A stretch of 64,000 bases of DNA from Candidatus Levyibacteriota bacterium (GCA_016432345.1 CP066685.1:560236-624235); one strand, 5' to 3'. Shown: positions 36,374-45,838, counted from the stretch's first letter. A program made the numbers and translations. Notes: generated from the letters alone by a model not told the origin.

Positions 36374-38055
36374 TTATATCCGATACAGAACTTAAAACAC
36401 TTATTGTAAAAACAGGTATTCTCGATCAGCAAAAGATTGAAGACTTGGCAAATCTGGCCAAAAATTCATTTTCTACGCTGGGGGATGTTTTGATTGAACG
36501 AGATGTTATTACCGATCAGAATTTGGGGCTGTTGGTTGCCGACTATTTTAAATTACCTTTTATAATTTTATCCAATATTTCCATACCAGAAGAGGTATTT
36601 AGAATAGTTCCCCAAAAAATTGCCCGAAAAGGTAAGGTGATTGCTTTTGCCAGAGAAGATGGTGGAATAAAAATTGCCATGTCGGACCCGCGAAACATAG
36701 AAATACGAGATTTAATTGCTAAAAAAACAGGCGCAAGGGTTACCACTTATTATGCCACAGAACGCGACATAGATAATGCGCTTCGCATTTACCGAAAAGA
36801 TTTACAAAAAGCGTTTAATGATTTGGTAAAAATTGTAGGAGAGCAATTTGTGATCGAGAAACCAGACGAGGTCCCCATTGCAAAAGTTGTTGATATGCTG
36901 GTTGATTACGCGTACCAGGATAGAGCATCAGACTTGCATATTGAGCCAAAAGAAACAGATTCGCTTGTTCGGTTTCGTATAGATGGTATTTTGCATGATA
37001 TGCTGTATTTTCCCAAAAATCTTCATGAACGCATTATTACCAGAATAAAGATTCTAGCCAAACTTCGCACAGACGAACATCTAAGCGCTCAAGATGGCAA
37101 AATGCGTATTTTGCTAGAAGAAGAAAATTTAGATATTAGGGTGTCAATTATTCCAATTGTCGAGGGTGAAAAAGCAGTGTTGCGTTTGCTGTCTTCTCAT
37201 TTTCGGCAATTTTCGCTAATTGATCTTGGCATGAGTAAAGAAGATCTTAAAAAAGTAACTGCCGGGTTTAAAAAATCCTACGGCATGATTTTATCAACTG
37301 GTCCAACTGGAAGCGGTAAAACAACCAGTATTTACGCCATCCTAAAAATTTTAAATACCCGTGAGAAAAACATTACCACAGTTGAAGACCCTGTTGAGTA
37401 TAGAATTGCCGGGGTTAATCAGGTACAGGTAAATACCAAAACCGATCTTACTTTTGCGCATGGACTGCGGTCGCTTCTGCGCCAAGACCCTAATATTATT
37501 TTTGTGGGAGAAATACGCGACAATGAAACCGCCGGAATTGCTGTAAATGCAGCCCTAACCGGTCATTTGGTTTTATCAACTCTTCACACCAACGATGCCG
37601 CATCGGCAATTCCTAGACTTATTGATATGGATGTTGAACCTTTTTTGGTTGCTTCAACCATAACTTTAGTGGTTGCGCAAAGATTGGTGCGAAAAATTTG
37701 CGACATGTGCAAAACGTCTTATATTGCCAAAAAAGACGAGCTCGAACAAAACATCCCAAAAAACCTTATGCAAAAACATTTTGGCGACAAGGACGAAATT
37801 AGAGTTTACAAAGGACAAGGATGTAAAGTATGTCATCATACAGGGTATCAGGGAAGAGTCGGTTTATTTGAGGTGCTAGGGGTAAGCAAGGTTATACGGG
37901 AGCTTATTGCTAAAAAAAGCGAGCCAGATGTGATTATGAAACAGGCGGATATCGAGGGTATGACAACAATGATAGAAGATGGACTGCAGAAAGTTTTAAA
38001 AGGACAAACAACAATAGAAGAAGTTTTAAGAGTAACAAAAGTGGAGATGGCATAA
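36370..38055 (+). CDS. pilB: Type IV pilus/T2SS assembly ATPase (PilB/GspE family)
   Basis: 561 aa with a T2SSE_N-like N-terminus, the Walker A GPTGSGKTT, Asp/His boxes and the tetracysteine CDMC...CKVC. Confidence 0.9.
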   Translation: MIISDTELKTLIVKTGILDQQKIEDLANLAKNSFSTLGDVLIERDVITDQNLGLLVADYFKLPFIILSNISIPEEVFRIVPQKIARKGKVIAFAREDGGIKIAMSDPRNIEIRDLIAKKTGARVTTYYATERDIDNALRIYRKDLQKAFNDLVKIVGEQFVIEKPDEVPIAKVVDMLVDYAYQDRASDLHIEPKETDSLVRFRIDGILHDMLYFPKNLHERIITRIKILAKLRTDEHLSAQDGKMRILLEEENLDIRVSIIPIVEGEKAVLRLLSSHFRQFSLIDLGMSKEDLKKVTAGFKKSYGMILSTGPTGSGKTTSIYAILKILNTREKNITTVEDPVEYRIAGVNQVQVNTKTDLTFAHGLRSLLRQDPNIIFVGEIRDNETAGIAVNAALTGHLVLSTLHTNDAASAIPRLIDMDVEPFLVASTITLVVAQRLVRKICDMCKTSYIAKKDELEQNIPKNLMQKHFGDKDEIRVYKGQGCKVCHHTGYQGRVGLFEVLGVSKVIRELIAKKSEPDVIMKQADIEGMTTMIEDGLQKVLKGQTTIEEVLRVTKVEMA

Positions 38056-38066
38056 GCTTTTAGATT

Positions 38067-39122
38067 ATGAAGAAATTAGAAAATACAACATTGTCTGCAA
38101 ACGAGAAAATTGGCCTTATTGCTAATTTGGCAACTATGCTTGCTGCAGGTATTCCAATTCTTGAAGTAGTGGACTCATTGCTTGATGGCGCAAAAAATTC
38201 GCATCGGCTTGTTTTACAAGTTTTGCGGGACGATATCTCGCAAGGTCAACATTTGTATACAACGTTTTCTAAATTTCCTAAGGTTTTTGACAAAGTAACA
38301 GTACAAATTGTGCGCGCTTCGGAAGAAGCAGGAACATTAGAAGCAACATTGCGGGATTTACAGCAAGATATTAAAAGACAAACAGAATTTACCGACAAAG
38401 TTCATTCGGCCATGGTATATCCGCTTTTTGTTTCGGCGGTTTTTCTAGGAGTAATGCTTCTTATGCTGACCTTTGTTATTCCCAGAATTTCGGCGGTTTT
38501 TTTAAAACTTAACGTCGTGCTTCCTCTTCCCACAAAAATTTTAATTCTGCTTTCGCAGACTATTTTACAATATAAAGTTGCTTCAATTATAGGAATAATT
38601 TTGTTTACTTTTTCTCTTTTTTATTCGTACAAAAAAAAGAGAGATTTTTTTATCCGCATACTTAGCTCTTTTCCTATTATAAACGAGCTCGTAAAACAAA
38701 TTGATCTAACTAAATTTTCTCGCAGCCTTTATTTACTGCTTAACGCCGGTATTCCCATTACTTCGGCTTTGGAATTAACAGAAGATATTGTTACGAGAAA
38801 AGATCTGAAAAAAATAATTATTCATTGTAAAGAAATAGTTATTGGCGGAAAAAGATTGTCAGAGGGTTTTTCTGACGCAAAGCATGTTCTTCCCAGTATT
38901 ATGATTAAAATTACCGAGGCAGGAGAACGAAGCGGATCGCTTGAGAAATCCATGCAGGACATTTCGGAATATCTTGATTATCAGGTATCAACACGGTTGA
39001 AAACCGTTACTGCTCTTATTGAGCCAATTATGCTGGTTTTGGTTGGTCTGTTAATTGGCGGCATGATGCTGGCTATTATTGCTCCGATTTATAATTTAAT
39101 TTCTCAAATTTCTGCAAGATAG
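38067..39122 (+). CDS. pilC: Type IV pilus platform protein (PilC/GspF family)
   Basis: 351 aa with duplicated T2SSF-type repeats and three TM segments. It lies downstream of pilB. Confidence 0.9.
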   Translation: MKKLENTTLSANEKIGLIANLATMLAAGIPILEVVDSLLDGAKNSHRLVLQVLRDDISQGQHLYTTFSKFPKVFDKVTVQIVRASEEAGTLEATLRDLQQDIKRQTEFTDKVHSAMVYPLFVSAVFLGVMLLMLTFVIPRISAVFLKLNVVLPLPTKILILLSQTILQYKVASIIGIILFTFSLFYSYKKKRDFFIRILSSFPIINELVKQIDLTKFSRSLYLLLNAGIPITSALELTEDIVTRKDLKKIIIHCKEIVIGGKRLSEGFSDAKHVLPSIMIKITEAGERSGSLEKSMQDISEYLDYQVSTRLKTVTALIEPIMLVLVGLLIGGMMLAIIAPIYNLISQISAR

Positions 39123-39128
39123 CATTTT

Positions 39129-39590
39129 ATGGAGAAAAAAAATGTTGGCGCCACAATTATTGAGTTAGTTACTGTTATTACTATCTTTTCAACACTTTTT
39201 GGAGTTGTTGCGCTTAATCTTTTTACAGCAAAAGCAAAGGCATCGTTTCAAAGCACAATAAATATGTTTCTTGCGGATATCACCGGCCAGCAAATAAAAG
39301 CCATGGCGCAAAATGCGCAAGGCATTTATTTCTCCCAAAACAGCTATACCCTATTTAAGGGAGATGTGTATTTAGCATCAGATCAAGACAATTTTGTGGT
39401 AAAACTAGGAGACAATATTGAATTTTTATCTGTTTTACTTCCCTCGCAGAGCGTTGTTTTTTCTAAAATTTCAGGTGAGGTATTGGGATTTGATGAGAAT
39501 CAAAATAGCATAGTAATAAGAGATACAGAAAATAATCAACAAAAAACAATAAAAATAAATAAGTATGGGGTTATAACACAGGTGAACTGA
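39129..39590 (+). CDS. Prepilin-type N-terminal domain protein (pilin/pseudopilin)
   Basis: 153 aa with the class III signal KNVG/ATIIELVTVITIFSTLF, carrying Glu at +5. Confidence 0.65.
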   Translation: MEKKNVGATIIELVTVITIFSTLFGVVALNLFTAKAKASFQSTINMFLADITGQQIKAMAQNAQGIYFSQNSYTLFKGDVYLASDQDNFVVKLGDNIEFLSVLLPSQSVVFSKISGEVLGFDENQNSIVIRDTENNQQKTIKINKYGVITQVN

Positions 39591-41449
39591 TGAAAGGACA
39601 ATCTCTTGTTGAGCTGTTGTTGGCAATTGCTTTTGCCGGAATTATTATTCCAGTTCTTTTTACTGGATTTTTGACATCTCGGGATGGTAAAGCCCAAGAA
39701 GCAAAGCGTTTATTAGCCATACCTCTTCTTAAAGAAGCCCAAGAAGCAGCAAGAATGGTAAGAGAAAAAGACTGGAACACTTTTTCGGTAAACGGTACGT
39801 ACCATCCTGTTGTTTCTGGCAACACTTGGTCATTTATTGCAGGCACAGAAAGTATTAATGATTTTAATCGAAATCTTGTTGTAAGTGATGGCGCTGATTC
39901 TTCAATAAAAAAAGTTGTCGCCACTGTTTCCTGGTCTACTCCTCGCGCATCATCGGTTGCATCAACCATGTATTTAAGCCGTTATATAAATAATTCTGTT
40001 TATATACACACAACCGCAAATGATTTTAACGCTGGAACAAAAACAGGCGTAACAGTTACTAATACAAGCGGCGGAGAGGTTATTTTGGGGGCAGGCGGCA
40101 ATGCCGACTGGTGCGCGCCTAATTTGTCTATAGCGGCTTTGGATCTTCCTAAAAGCAGCGCTGCAAAAGCAATAACAGCCGTGTATGGCGAAGCATTCGC
40201 CGGTACCGGCCAGGATTCATCAGGAGAGTCTTTAGTTGATATTTTTGTATCTAATACACATCCGCCTGCTGCCAGTATTAATACTACATTTGACGGGTAT
40301 AAAACAAACGATGTTTTTGGCGAGGTAGGTTTTGCCTATATTGCTACTGACACAAACGCAAAAGAAGTTGTTATTATCAGTACTGCCAATAAGCCATTTA
40401 CCGAAGTTGGGTATTTTAATGCTCCGGGAAGCGAGGACGGGAAAAGCATTTTTGTATCGGGAAATACGGGGTATCTTGTTCAAGGGAATAAATTATGGAA
40501 TTTTGATCTCTCGAGCAAAGCTGGTTTGCGGCCAGCCGTTGATGCAGACGGGATAACACTGGCAGGAGAAGGCAAAGCCGTATACGTGGTTGGGAATTAT
40601 GCATATGTTGCTATAGAGGATAACAGTGTACAAATGCAGATAATTGATATAAGTAATTTGTCAAACATGGTTGTGGTTGGACAGGCAATAGTAAATGGAG
40701 AAGATGGGCAAGATATTTTTGTAAACAGCAGTGCAACAAGGGCATATTTAGTAACTAAGTCGTCGAGCAGTCAACGAGAGCTTTTTATAATTGACGTGTC
40801 CACAAAATCGGGAAATAGACCGATTATAGGAAGCTACGATACAAATGGCATGAATCCAAAAGGGGTTGAGGCGGTTACCAATAATAAGGTTATTGTTGTA
40901 GGAGAAAACGCAGAGGAATATCAGGTAGTTAATATACAAAATGAGACATCTCCAGTGCGTTGCGGAGGATTGCAGATTAATTCGGGTATTTTTGACAGCG
41001 CGTCTGTTATAGAACCAGATGGCGATGCCTTTGCTTACATAGTTACAGGAGATTCATCGGCGGAGCTTAAAATTATCGAAGGCGGGCCAGGTGGATCTTT
41101 TGCCACATCAGGCACTTTTGAGTCCAGCACATTCGATGCGATAAATTCTGTCACATTTAATCGTTTTATTGTGTCAGGCGATAAACCCCAACAGACAAAT
41201 CTTACATTTCAAGTTTCAGGCGCAGATGTAAATCCATTAACAGGGGACTGTACAGACATAACATTTAGTTTTGTAGGTCCAGATTTAACCTCAAATACCT
41301 ACTTTGCCACCTCGTCTGCAATTCCACTAAACACAACGGGCGAATACAAAAATCCTGCTCGTTGTTTTCGATATAAGTCGTTTTTGTCCACATCTGACCC
41401 AACTCAAAGCCCAGCATTATACGATATGACGGTTAATTATTCACCGTAA
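39590..41449 (+). CDS. Giant pseudopilin with beta-propeller (LVIVD-like) repeats
   Basis: 619 aa with the N-terminus MKG/QSLVELLLAIAFAGIII (Glu +5). Repeated GNxxYxV...IIDxS blocks (GNTGYLVQG, VVGNYAYVAIED...QIIDISN, ELFIIDVST) resemble LVIVD propeller repeats. Confidence 0.6.
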   Translation: MKGQSLVELLLAIAFAGIIIPVLFTGFLTSRDGKAQEAKRLLAIPLLKEAQEAARMVREKDWNTFSVNGTYHPVVSGNTWSFIAGTESINDFNRNLVVSDGADSSIKKVVATVSWSTPRASSVASTMYLSRYINNSVYIHTTANDFNAGTKTGVTVTNTSGGEVILGAGGNADWCAPNLSIAALDLPKSSAAKAITAVYGEAFAGTGQDSSGESLVDIFVSNTHPPAASINTTFDGYKTNDVFGEVGFAYIATDTNAKEVVIISTANKPFTEVGYFNAPGSEDGKSIFVSGNTGYLVQGNKLWNFDLSSKAGLRPAVDADGITLAGEGKAVYVVGNYAYVAIEDNSVQMQIIDISNLSNMVVVGQAIVNGEDGQDIFVNSSATRAYLVTKSSSSQRELFIIDVSTKSGNRPIIGSYDTNGMNPKGVEAVTNNKVIVVGENAEEYQVVNIQNETSPVRCGGLQINSGIFDSASVIEPDGDAFAYIVTGDSSAELKIIEGGPGGSFATSGTFESSTFDAINSVTFNRFIVSGDKPQQTNLTFQVSGADVNPLTGDCTDITFSFVGPDLTSNTYFATSSAIPLNTTGEYKNPARCFRYKSFLSTSDPTQSPALYDMTVNYSP

Positions 41450-41454
41450 AAACT

Positions 41455-41958
41455 ATGCGCTATAAGCTATACACTATACGCTTTCAAAAGGGTTTTACTC
41501 TTGTTGAAATGCTTATCTATATGGGACTTTTATCCATACTTTTGGTGGTGATGGTTGATTTATTTGCCGCAAGTCTTGACGTACAGCTTGAATCAACTGC
41601 TACCTCCAGTGTTGATCGGGATGGAAAGTTTTTATACGCCAGATTTTTGTACGACATACCAAGGGCGCAAAACATTGTTTCTCCTACTCTTGGCGCTTCT
41701 TCTAATACGCTGCAAATATCTATAGATGGAATAAATAATACTTATGCTATAAATGAGGGGTCGCTTAAACTAACAAACAACAATGGGATAAATATGTTAA
41801 ACAGTTTTGACACAACAGTGAGCAATCTTTTGTTTCAGCATCTTGGAAATACCGGCGGAAAACCTGTTATCCGTGTTTCGTATACGTTAAACAGTAAAAC
41901 GAGCCGAACTGCAGGAACGGAATCAAAAAATTTCCAAACAAGTATTGGTTTAAGATGA
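41455..41958 (+). CDS. Prepilin-type N-terminal domain protein (pseudopilin)
   Basis: 167 aa with FQKG/FTLVEMLIYMGLLSILLVV. Confidence 0.65.
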   Translation: MRYKLYTIRFQKGFTLVEMLIYMGLLSILLVVMVDLFAASLDVQLESTATSSVDRDGKFLYARFLYDIPRAQNIVSPTLGASSNTLQISIDGINNTYAINEGSLKLTNNNGINMLNSFDTTVSNLLFQHLGNTGGKPVIRVSYTLNSKTSRTAGTESKNFQTSIGLR

Positions 41959-42338
41959 GAATTATTTTTTGTCAAAAAGGTCAATCGCTGATTACGCTTC
42001 TTTTCTTTATGATTATTGCTATTACAATTATTTCTGCCTCTGTTGTGGTAACGCTTGTTAATACGCAAAGCACAAGTAGGCTTGAAATTACCAACAACGC
42101 TTATGTTATGGCAGAAAATGGCGCAGAAGATGCTATTTTAAAATTGTTGCGAAATCCAGATTATACTGGAGAAAGTTTTTCTTTGGGAGAGGCAAATATC
42201 ATAACTCAAGTTTCAGGTACAAATACTAAAGCGGCAACCATCGAAGCAAGGCTTAACGGTTTTATTCGCAAAATTCAAGTGAATCTTGATTATTCAAATA
42301 ATATCTTGCGTATGATATCCTGGAAAGAGGTGTTATAA
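41955..42338 (+). CDS. Pseudopilin-like protein lacking Glu+5
   Basis: 127 aa with CQKG/QSLITLLFFMIIAITIISA. There is a 4-nt overlap with the upstream pilin gene. Confidence 0.45.
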   Translation: MRIIFCQKGQSLITLLFFMIIAITIISASVVVTLVNTQSTSRLEITNNAYVMAENGAEDAILKLLRNPDYTGESFSLGEANIITQVSGTNTKAATIEARLNGFIRKIQVNLDYSNNILRMISWKEVL

Positions 42339-42340
42339 AA

Positions 42341-43024
42341 ATGGCCTTACAGCAAAGTATTATTTATCTTTCCCGCCAGGGGTTTGGCTACTATAGCAGC
42401 AGCCGTGTTTTGTGGTTTGCATTTCCTCAAACATCGGTAAAAGATTTAGATGTGATAAACAAAACCGAGTTGGTTAATTCAATAGAAATGTTTATTGACA
42501 AAAATCAAATTGCTAAAGCGTCGTGTTTTATGATTTTATCGGAGCATGTCTATTTTGAAAAGGATTATATTGGAGCATTAGACCAGCAGGAAATACTAAC
42601 GCAGGCATTTGCCGATACAGTGCCGTTTGAAAATGTTCTTAAAAAAACATTTCCGATAGAAAATGGTTTTAAGGTTGTGGCTGCAAACAAAGATCTTTGT
42701 TTGTGTATTCGGCAAGCTTTTTGGGAAAAGGGATTTGTTTTTGAAGCAATAACACCTGCCTTGATTGTTGGATCTCAAGTAGTAGAAAATGAAAATGGTT
42801 TGATTCAAGAGTCAATTGATTTACTTTTTCAAAAAATTGCAGTTTTTAGACAAAATGGTTTTTCGCTAGACGAACAAACTGCGCAAACAAAAATTGCTTC
42901 ACAGCCATTCGTTAGGCAAACCACTTCTTCGCAAAATAATAACTCAAAGATTATCTGGCTTTTGAGCGCGTTTTTTATTTTATTGCTTATCTTAGCTGGT
43001 TTGCTTTCGGGCAGGTTTTTTTAA
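42341..43024 (+). CDS. Hypothetical protein with C-terminal TM anchor, possibly pilus biogenesis
   Basis: 227 aa and the last gene of the pilus cluster, with a C-terminal hydrophobic tail IIWLLSAFFILLLILAGLL. The function is inferred from position only. Confidence 0.3.
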   Translation: MALQQSIIYLSRQGFGYYSSSRVLWFAFPQTSVKDLDVINKTELVNSIEMFIDKNQIAKASCFMILSEHVYFEKDYIGALDQQEILTQAFADTVPFENVLKKTFPIENGFKVVAANKDLCLCIRQAFWEKGFVFEAITPALIVGSQVVENENGLIQESIDLLFQKIAVFRQNGFSLDEQTAQTKIASQPFVRQTTSSQNNNSKIIWLLSAFFILLLILAGLLSGRFF

Positions 43025-43036
43025 AAACTATCTTCG

Positions 43037-43110
43037 TACCGCGTAGGGGATTCGAACCCCTGATTCTTGGGCTGAAAACCCAATGTCCTAGGCCACTAGA
43101 CGAACGCGGC
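43037..43110 (-). tRNA. tRNA-Glu (TTC)
   Basis: Minus-strand hand fold: GCCGCGT TC GTCT AGTGGCCTA GGAC A TTGGG TTTTCAG CCCAA GAATC AGGGG TTCGAAT CCCCT ACGCGGT A. The D arm is typical of tRNA-Glu. Confidence 0.85.
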
Positions 43111-43157
43111 TTTTATTGCACTAATTATTATAGCAAAATTGCACCGCCTTGCCTATC

Positions 43158-43820
43158 TTATTTTAACTTCTTTCGAAGATCATCAATAACATCTTTGGCA
43201 GCATTTTGTCCGCCAAGACCAAAAGCAATTCCACCAGAAATTGCCAGCATTGCCACAAACCCGGTAAAGAGAATTCTTACTAAATCTGATGCGACACCAA
43301 GTTGGTTAAGTACTGCCAACAGCACAAATATAGTTATAGACCATCTTGTTACAGATGCAATTGAACGGGATGTCTCGCTGGAAACTCCGTGCACCGATGC
43401 TAGCACAATATCGTGCGCTATTTTGGCAAACGACAAACCAACAAGAGCAATAATTGCTGCGACAAAAACGTTTGGTAAATAAAGTAAAAATTGATTTAAA
43501 ACCGTTATAATTTGCGGTAAACCCCAAACGTCTGCTGTTGGAATAAGAAAAATAACAATCACAAACCATCGGACAATTTCGGCTAAGATATTAGACCATG
43601 TAAATTCTTCCCGCATTTCTGGCACACCGTATTTATGTAAAAACGATTCAACTTTAAGCGCTTTAAAAACTTCCAGAAGCAGTTGCTTAAAAATTGACGC
43701 AACAACAATACCAACTAAAATTATTACGGCTCCTGCGACAAATTTGGGTACAAAACTAACGATTGCCAAAAGCCCGCTATTAAGTGAAGCAAGGAGAATT
43801 TGACCTATGTCTGTTGTCAT
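43158..43820 (-). CDS. Polytopic membrane protein (conserved TM-helix repeat / MscS-N-like)
   Basis: 220 aa with repeated long hydrophobic helices with the pattern FVPKFVAGAVIILVGIVVA. Family recognition is from memory only. Confidence 0.45.
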   Translation of the reverse strand: MTTDIGQILLASLNSGLLAIVSFVPKFVAGAVIILVGIVVASIFKQLLLEVFKALKVESFLHKYGVPEMREEFTWSNILAEIVRWFVIVIFLIPTADVWGLPQIITVLNQFLLYLPNVFVAAIIALVGLSFAKIAHDIVLASVHGVSSETSRSIASVTRWSITIFVLLAVLNQLGVASDLVRILFTGFVAMLAISGGIAFGLGGQNAAKDVIDDLRKKLK

Positions 43821-43880
43821 ATAATCACCTCCTTTCGGCGGCTACACCCACCAAACCAGTCTAATAATATTTAAACACAC

Positions 43881-43910
43881 TTGTCAAGAGTTAAGATAAA
43901 TTGATATAAT
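43881..43910 (+). promoter_or_regulatory. Promoter of tRNA-Lys
   Basis: TTGTCA (43881-43886), an 18-nt spacer, then TATAAT (43905-43910). The tRNA starts 10 nt downstream. Confidence 0.5.
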
Positions 43911-43920
43911 TATGTAGTTA

Positions 43921-43992
43921 GGGTCGGTAGCTCAGCGGTAGAGCAGGAGCCTTTTAAGCTCTTGGTCACAGGTTCGATCCCTGTCCGACTCA
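43921..43992 (+). tRNA. tRNA-Lys (TTT), no encoded CCA
   Basis: Hand fold: GGGTCGG TA GCTC AGCGGTA GAGC A GGAGC CTTTTAA GCTCT TGGTC ACAGG TTCGATC CCTGT CCGACTC A. Confidence 0.9.
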
Positions 43993-44002
43993 CAGTAGCG
44001 GG

Positions 44003-44018
44003 GTCTGATGAATCAGAC
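44003..44018 (+). terminator. Small hairpin after tRNA-Lys
   Basis: GTCTGA-TGAA-TCAGAC followed by TTATT. The stem and U-tract are weak. Confidence 0.3.
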
Positions 44019-44043
44019 TTATTGATTAGCTCGAAATACGGCG

Positions 44044-45546
44044 CTAAACTAGTGTTTCCAGAAATTCCCCAACGACTGCTAAAACTATCGTCATATCTAT
44101 GTTTTTATCTTCCTGTTTATTCTTATTTTCATTTAGTACTGCTATCTCTTGTACAACTTCTTTTAAGTTATCCTCTGCAAGCTTAATTGCTTCATCAGAC
44201 GAGAATTTCATCATTTGTTTGCCTATTAGTTTTTTTTGACTTTCCAATTCAGCAATCTTTTCATCAATTGTCTGGACATCACGTTGGCCTATGGTTAGAT
44301 TATCCTGCCATTTGCTTAAAACCCGTTGCTTGAGTTTCTCAACGCCTTCTTGCGTTACTTTAACTCTGCTAACAAAATTTTTGATGGTTTGCTCAAAGGT
44401 TTCTGCTGGAATTCTAAAATAATGATTTCTTTTATTACAGTGATAGGCGGGATAACGTGTACCATTTCTTCCTCTTGAAGCACTGCCATATAAAGGGTAT
44501 CTACAGGTTGGACACAAAACATATCTTTTATAAGGATAATCAGGATTTTTGACACATTTTTTAAGCCTCCATTCTTCTGGTTTGTTTTTATAGATAGTTA
44601 TTCCGCCATTTTCTTCAGTTAATACAACTTTACCTCTGTTTGCCTTATTAAACAGCTCAATTGATATTAAGCCATCAAATTTTGTTTTAACAGGCTGATC
44701 ATTAGTCCACTTTTCATCGTTTATTCCTGCATAAATCGGTTTACGGATATATTCTACAAAGCGTTTTACCGCAAGTTTTATACCTCCTCGTTCTCCTATA
44801 ACTACAGTTTTATCTTTTGGATCTCTTAGTAAATTTACTCTGGATTTATACCCCATTTTATTGACCTCTTCTATAATTTGTTCATCAGATATAGTTTTTT
44901 TAGCCCTTAACTCAAACATTTTAATAATAAGCGGGGCTTCTTTCGGATGAGGTTTAAGAATAACTCTTTTTCCATTAGGAGTATCTATTTTTACGTTCAT
45001 ATATCCATATGGAGAGGGTCTAACTCGATAACCCATTCTGACGTAACGAATTTCTGCCCCGATCATTCTGCTTAAAATATCTCTAATTTCATCTTTTGCT
45101 CTTTCTGCCTCTAAAATCTCTGACTTTTTAGTTGGAGAATAAACACTCCACGGAAATTCAATACCTAAATGCCCTAAGGTATTAACTTCTGTATTACCTA
45201 TAATCCCATAAATATCAATTAGCCTTACCCCATAATGGGTGAGCTGCATTTTCATATGATCATAAAAGTAAGAACCGCCCCTGGTAAACCTATCAATCGA
45301 TTTAATTATAAAAAGTTGGATATCATTTTTAGGGTTTTTACAGTAATCAATCGCTTCCTGTACAGGCTGTTCCTCTTTAGAAGCTGATTCCATAAAAATG
45401 AAGAATTTTTTTACGTTTATATTGTGGGCTTTGGCGAATTGTTCTATCTGTTCTTTCTGGGCTTGGGGAGAATCGCCCTGTAATCCCTGCTTTGTAGAGG
45501 AAACTCTGATTGCTGCTACTGCATTTTCAATTTTATACGGATTCAT
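44044..45546 (-). CDS. Large serine recombinase
   Basis: 500 aa with the resolvase-type catalytic N-domain (AAIRVSSTKQG, SIDRFTRG), a recombinase domain, the Cys ribbon CPTCRYPL...YHC and a C-terminal coiled coil. Confidence 0.9.
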   Translation of the reverse strand: MNPYKIENAVAAIRVSSTKQGLQGDSPQAQKEQIEQFAKAHNINVKKFFIFMESASKEEQPVQEAIDYCKNPKNDIQLFIIKSIDRFTRGGSYFYDHMKMQLTHYGVRLIDIYGIIGNTEVNTLGHLGIEFPWSVYSPTKKSEILEAERAKDEIRDILSRMIGAEIRYVRMGYRVRPSPYGYMNVKIDTPNGKRVILKPHPKEAPLIIKMFELRAKKTISDEQIIEEVNKMGYKSRVNLLRDPKDKTVVIGERGGIKLAVKRFVEYIRKPIYAGINDEKWTNDQPVKTKFDGLISIELFNKANRGKVVLTEENGGITIYKNKPEEWRLKKCVKNPDYPYKRYVLCPTCRYPLYGSASRGRNGTRYPAYHCNKRNHYFRIPAETFEQTIKNFVSRVKVTQEGVEKLKQRVLSKWQDNLTIGQRDVQTIDEKIAELESQKKLIGKQMMKFSSDEAIKLAEDNLKEVVQEIAVLNENKNKQEDKNIDMTIVLAVVGEFLETLV

Positions 45547-45751
45547 ATTGGTTATTTTCTACATCATTAGGCTGGACTGGAAAATTCCCCTTCTGGCTTT
45601 CTTCAACAATTCTTTCTAAAAGAATATCTGCCAAGGAGTCTAAAAGCTCGTCCGAAGATTTAGGAGTTATTACAGATGTAACTTTCGGACCAGGTTTTTT
45701 AGGATTGATTTGTTGTAGATTTTTATATTCTAAAGCGTTGAGAGTATTCAT
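45533..45751 (-). CDS. Small acidic protein upstream of and overlapping the recombinase gene
   Basis: 72 aa (…SSDELLDSLADILLERIVEESQKG…) with a 14-nt overlap on the recombinase start. The competing + ORF 45510..45815 looks like low-complexity antisense. Confidence 0.4.
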   Translation of the reverse strand: MNTLNALEYKNLQQINPKKPGPKVTSVITPKSSDELLDSLADILLERIVEESQKGNFPVQPNDVENNQYESV

Positions 45752-45763
45752 AAATTTAGCTTC

Positions 45764-45787
45764 ATATTATAAGGATACTTATAATAT
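45764..45787. promoter_or_regulatory. 24-bp palindrome carrying back-to-back TATAAT boxes
   Basis: ATATTATAAG-GATA-CTTATAATAT has perfect 10-bp arms. TATAAT reads on + at 45780-45785 and on - at 45771..45766. It lies between the minus-strand recombinase operon (ATG 45751) and the + strand ORFs. Confidence 0.45.
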
Positions 45788-45838
45788 ACTCTGCCTGGTT
45801 TTTATTGTCAAGTAAGAAAAGGGTTAATTCTTAATGAC

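Noticed and set aside
43905-43919. 15-mer TATAATTATGTAGT(T/C) region shared between the tRNA-Lys promoter and 51343-51357
   Set aside because: A single exact 14-15-mer match is within chance expectation for all-against-all comparison of 64 kb of AT-rich DNA (order of a few expected), and there is no flanking similarity.
43995-44003. 9-mer TAGCGGGGT also at 55599-55607 as a possible att core of the element
   Set aside because: It is too short to be significant (about 0.5 expected by chance). Serine recombinase att sites need not be direct repeats, and no extended similarity surrounds either copy.
45510-45815. 101-aa + ORF overlapping the recombinase start region
   Set aside because: It is hydrophobic and low-complexity, and antisense to the more protein-like 72-aa minus-strand ORF that is translationally coupled to the recombinase.
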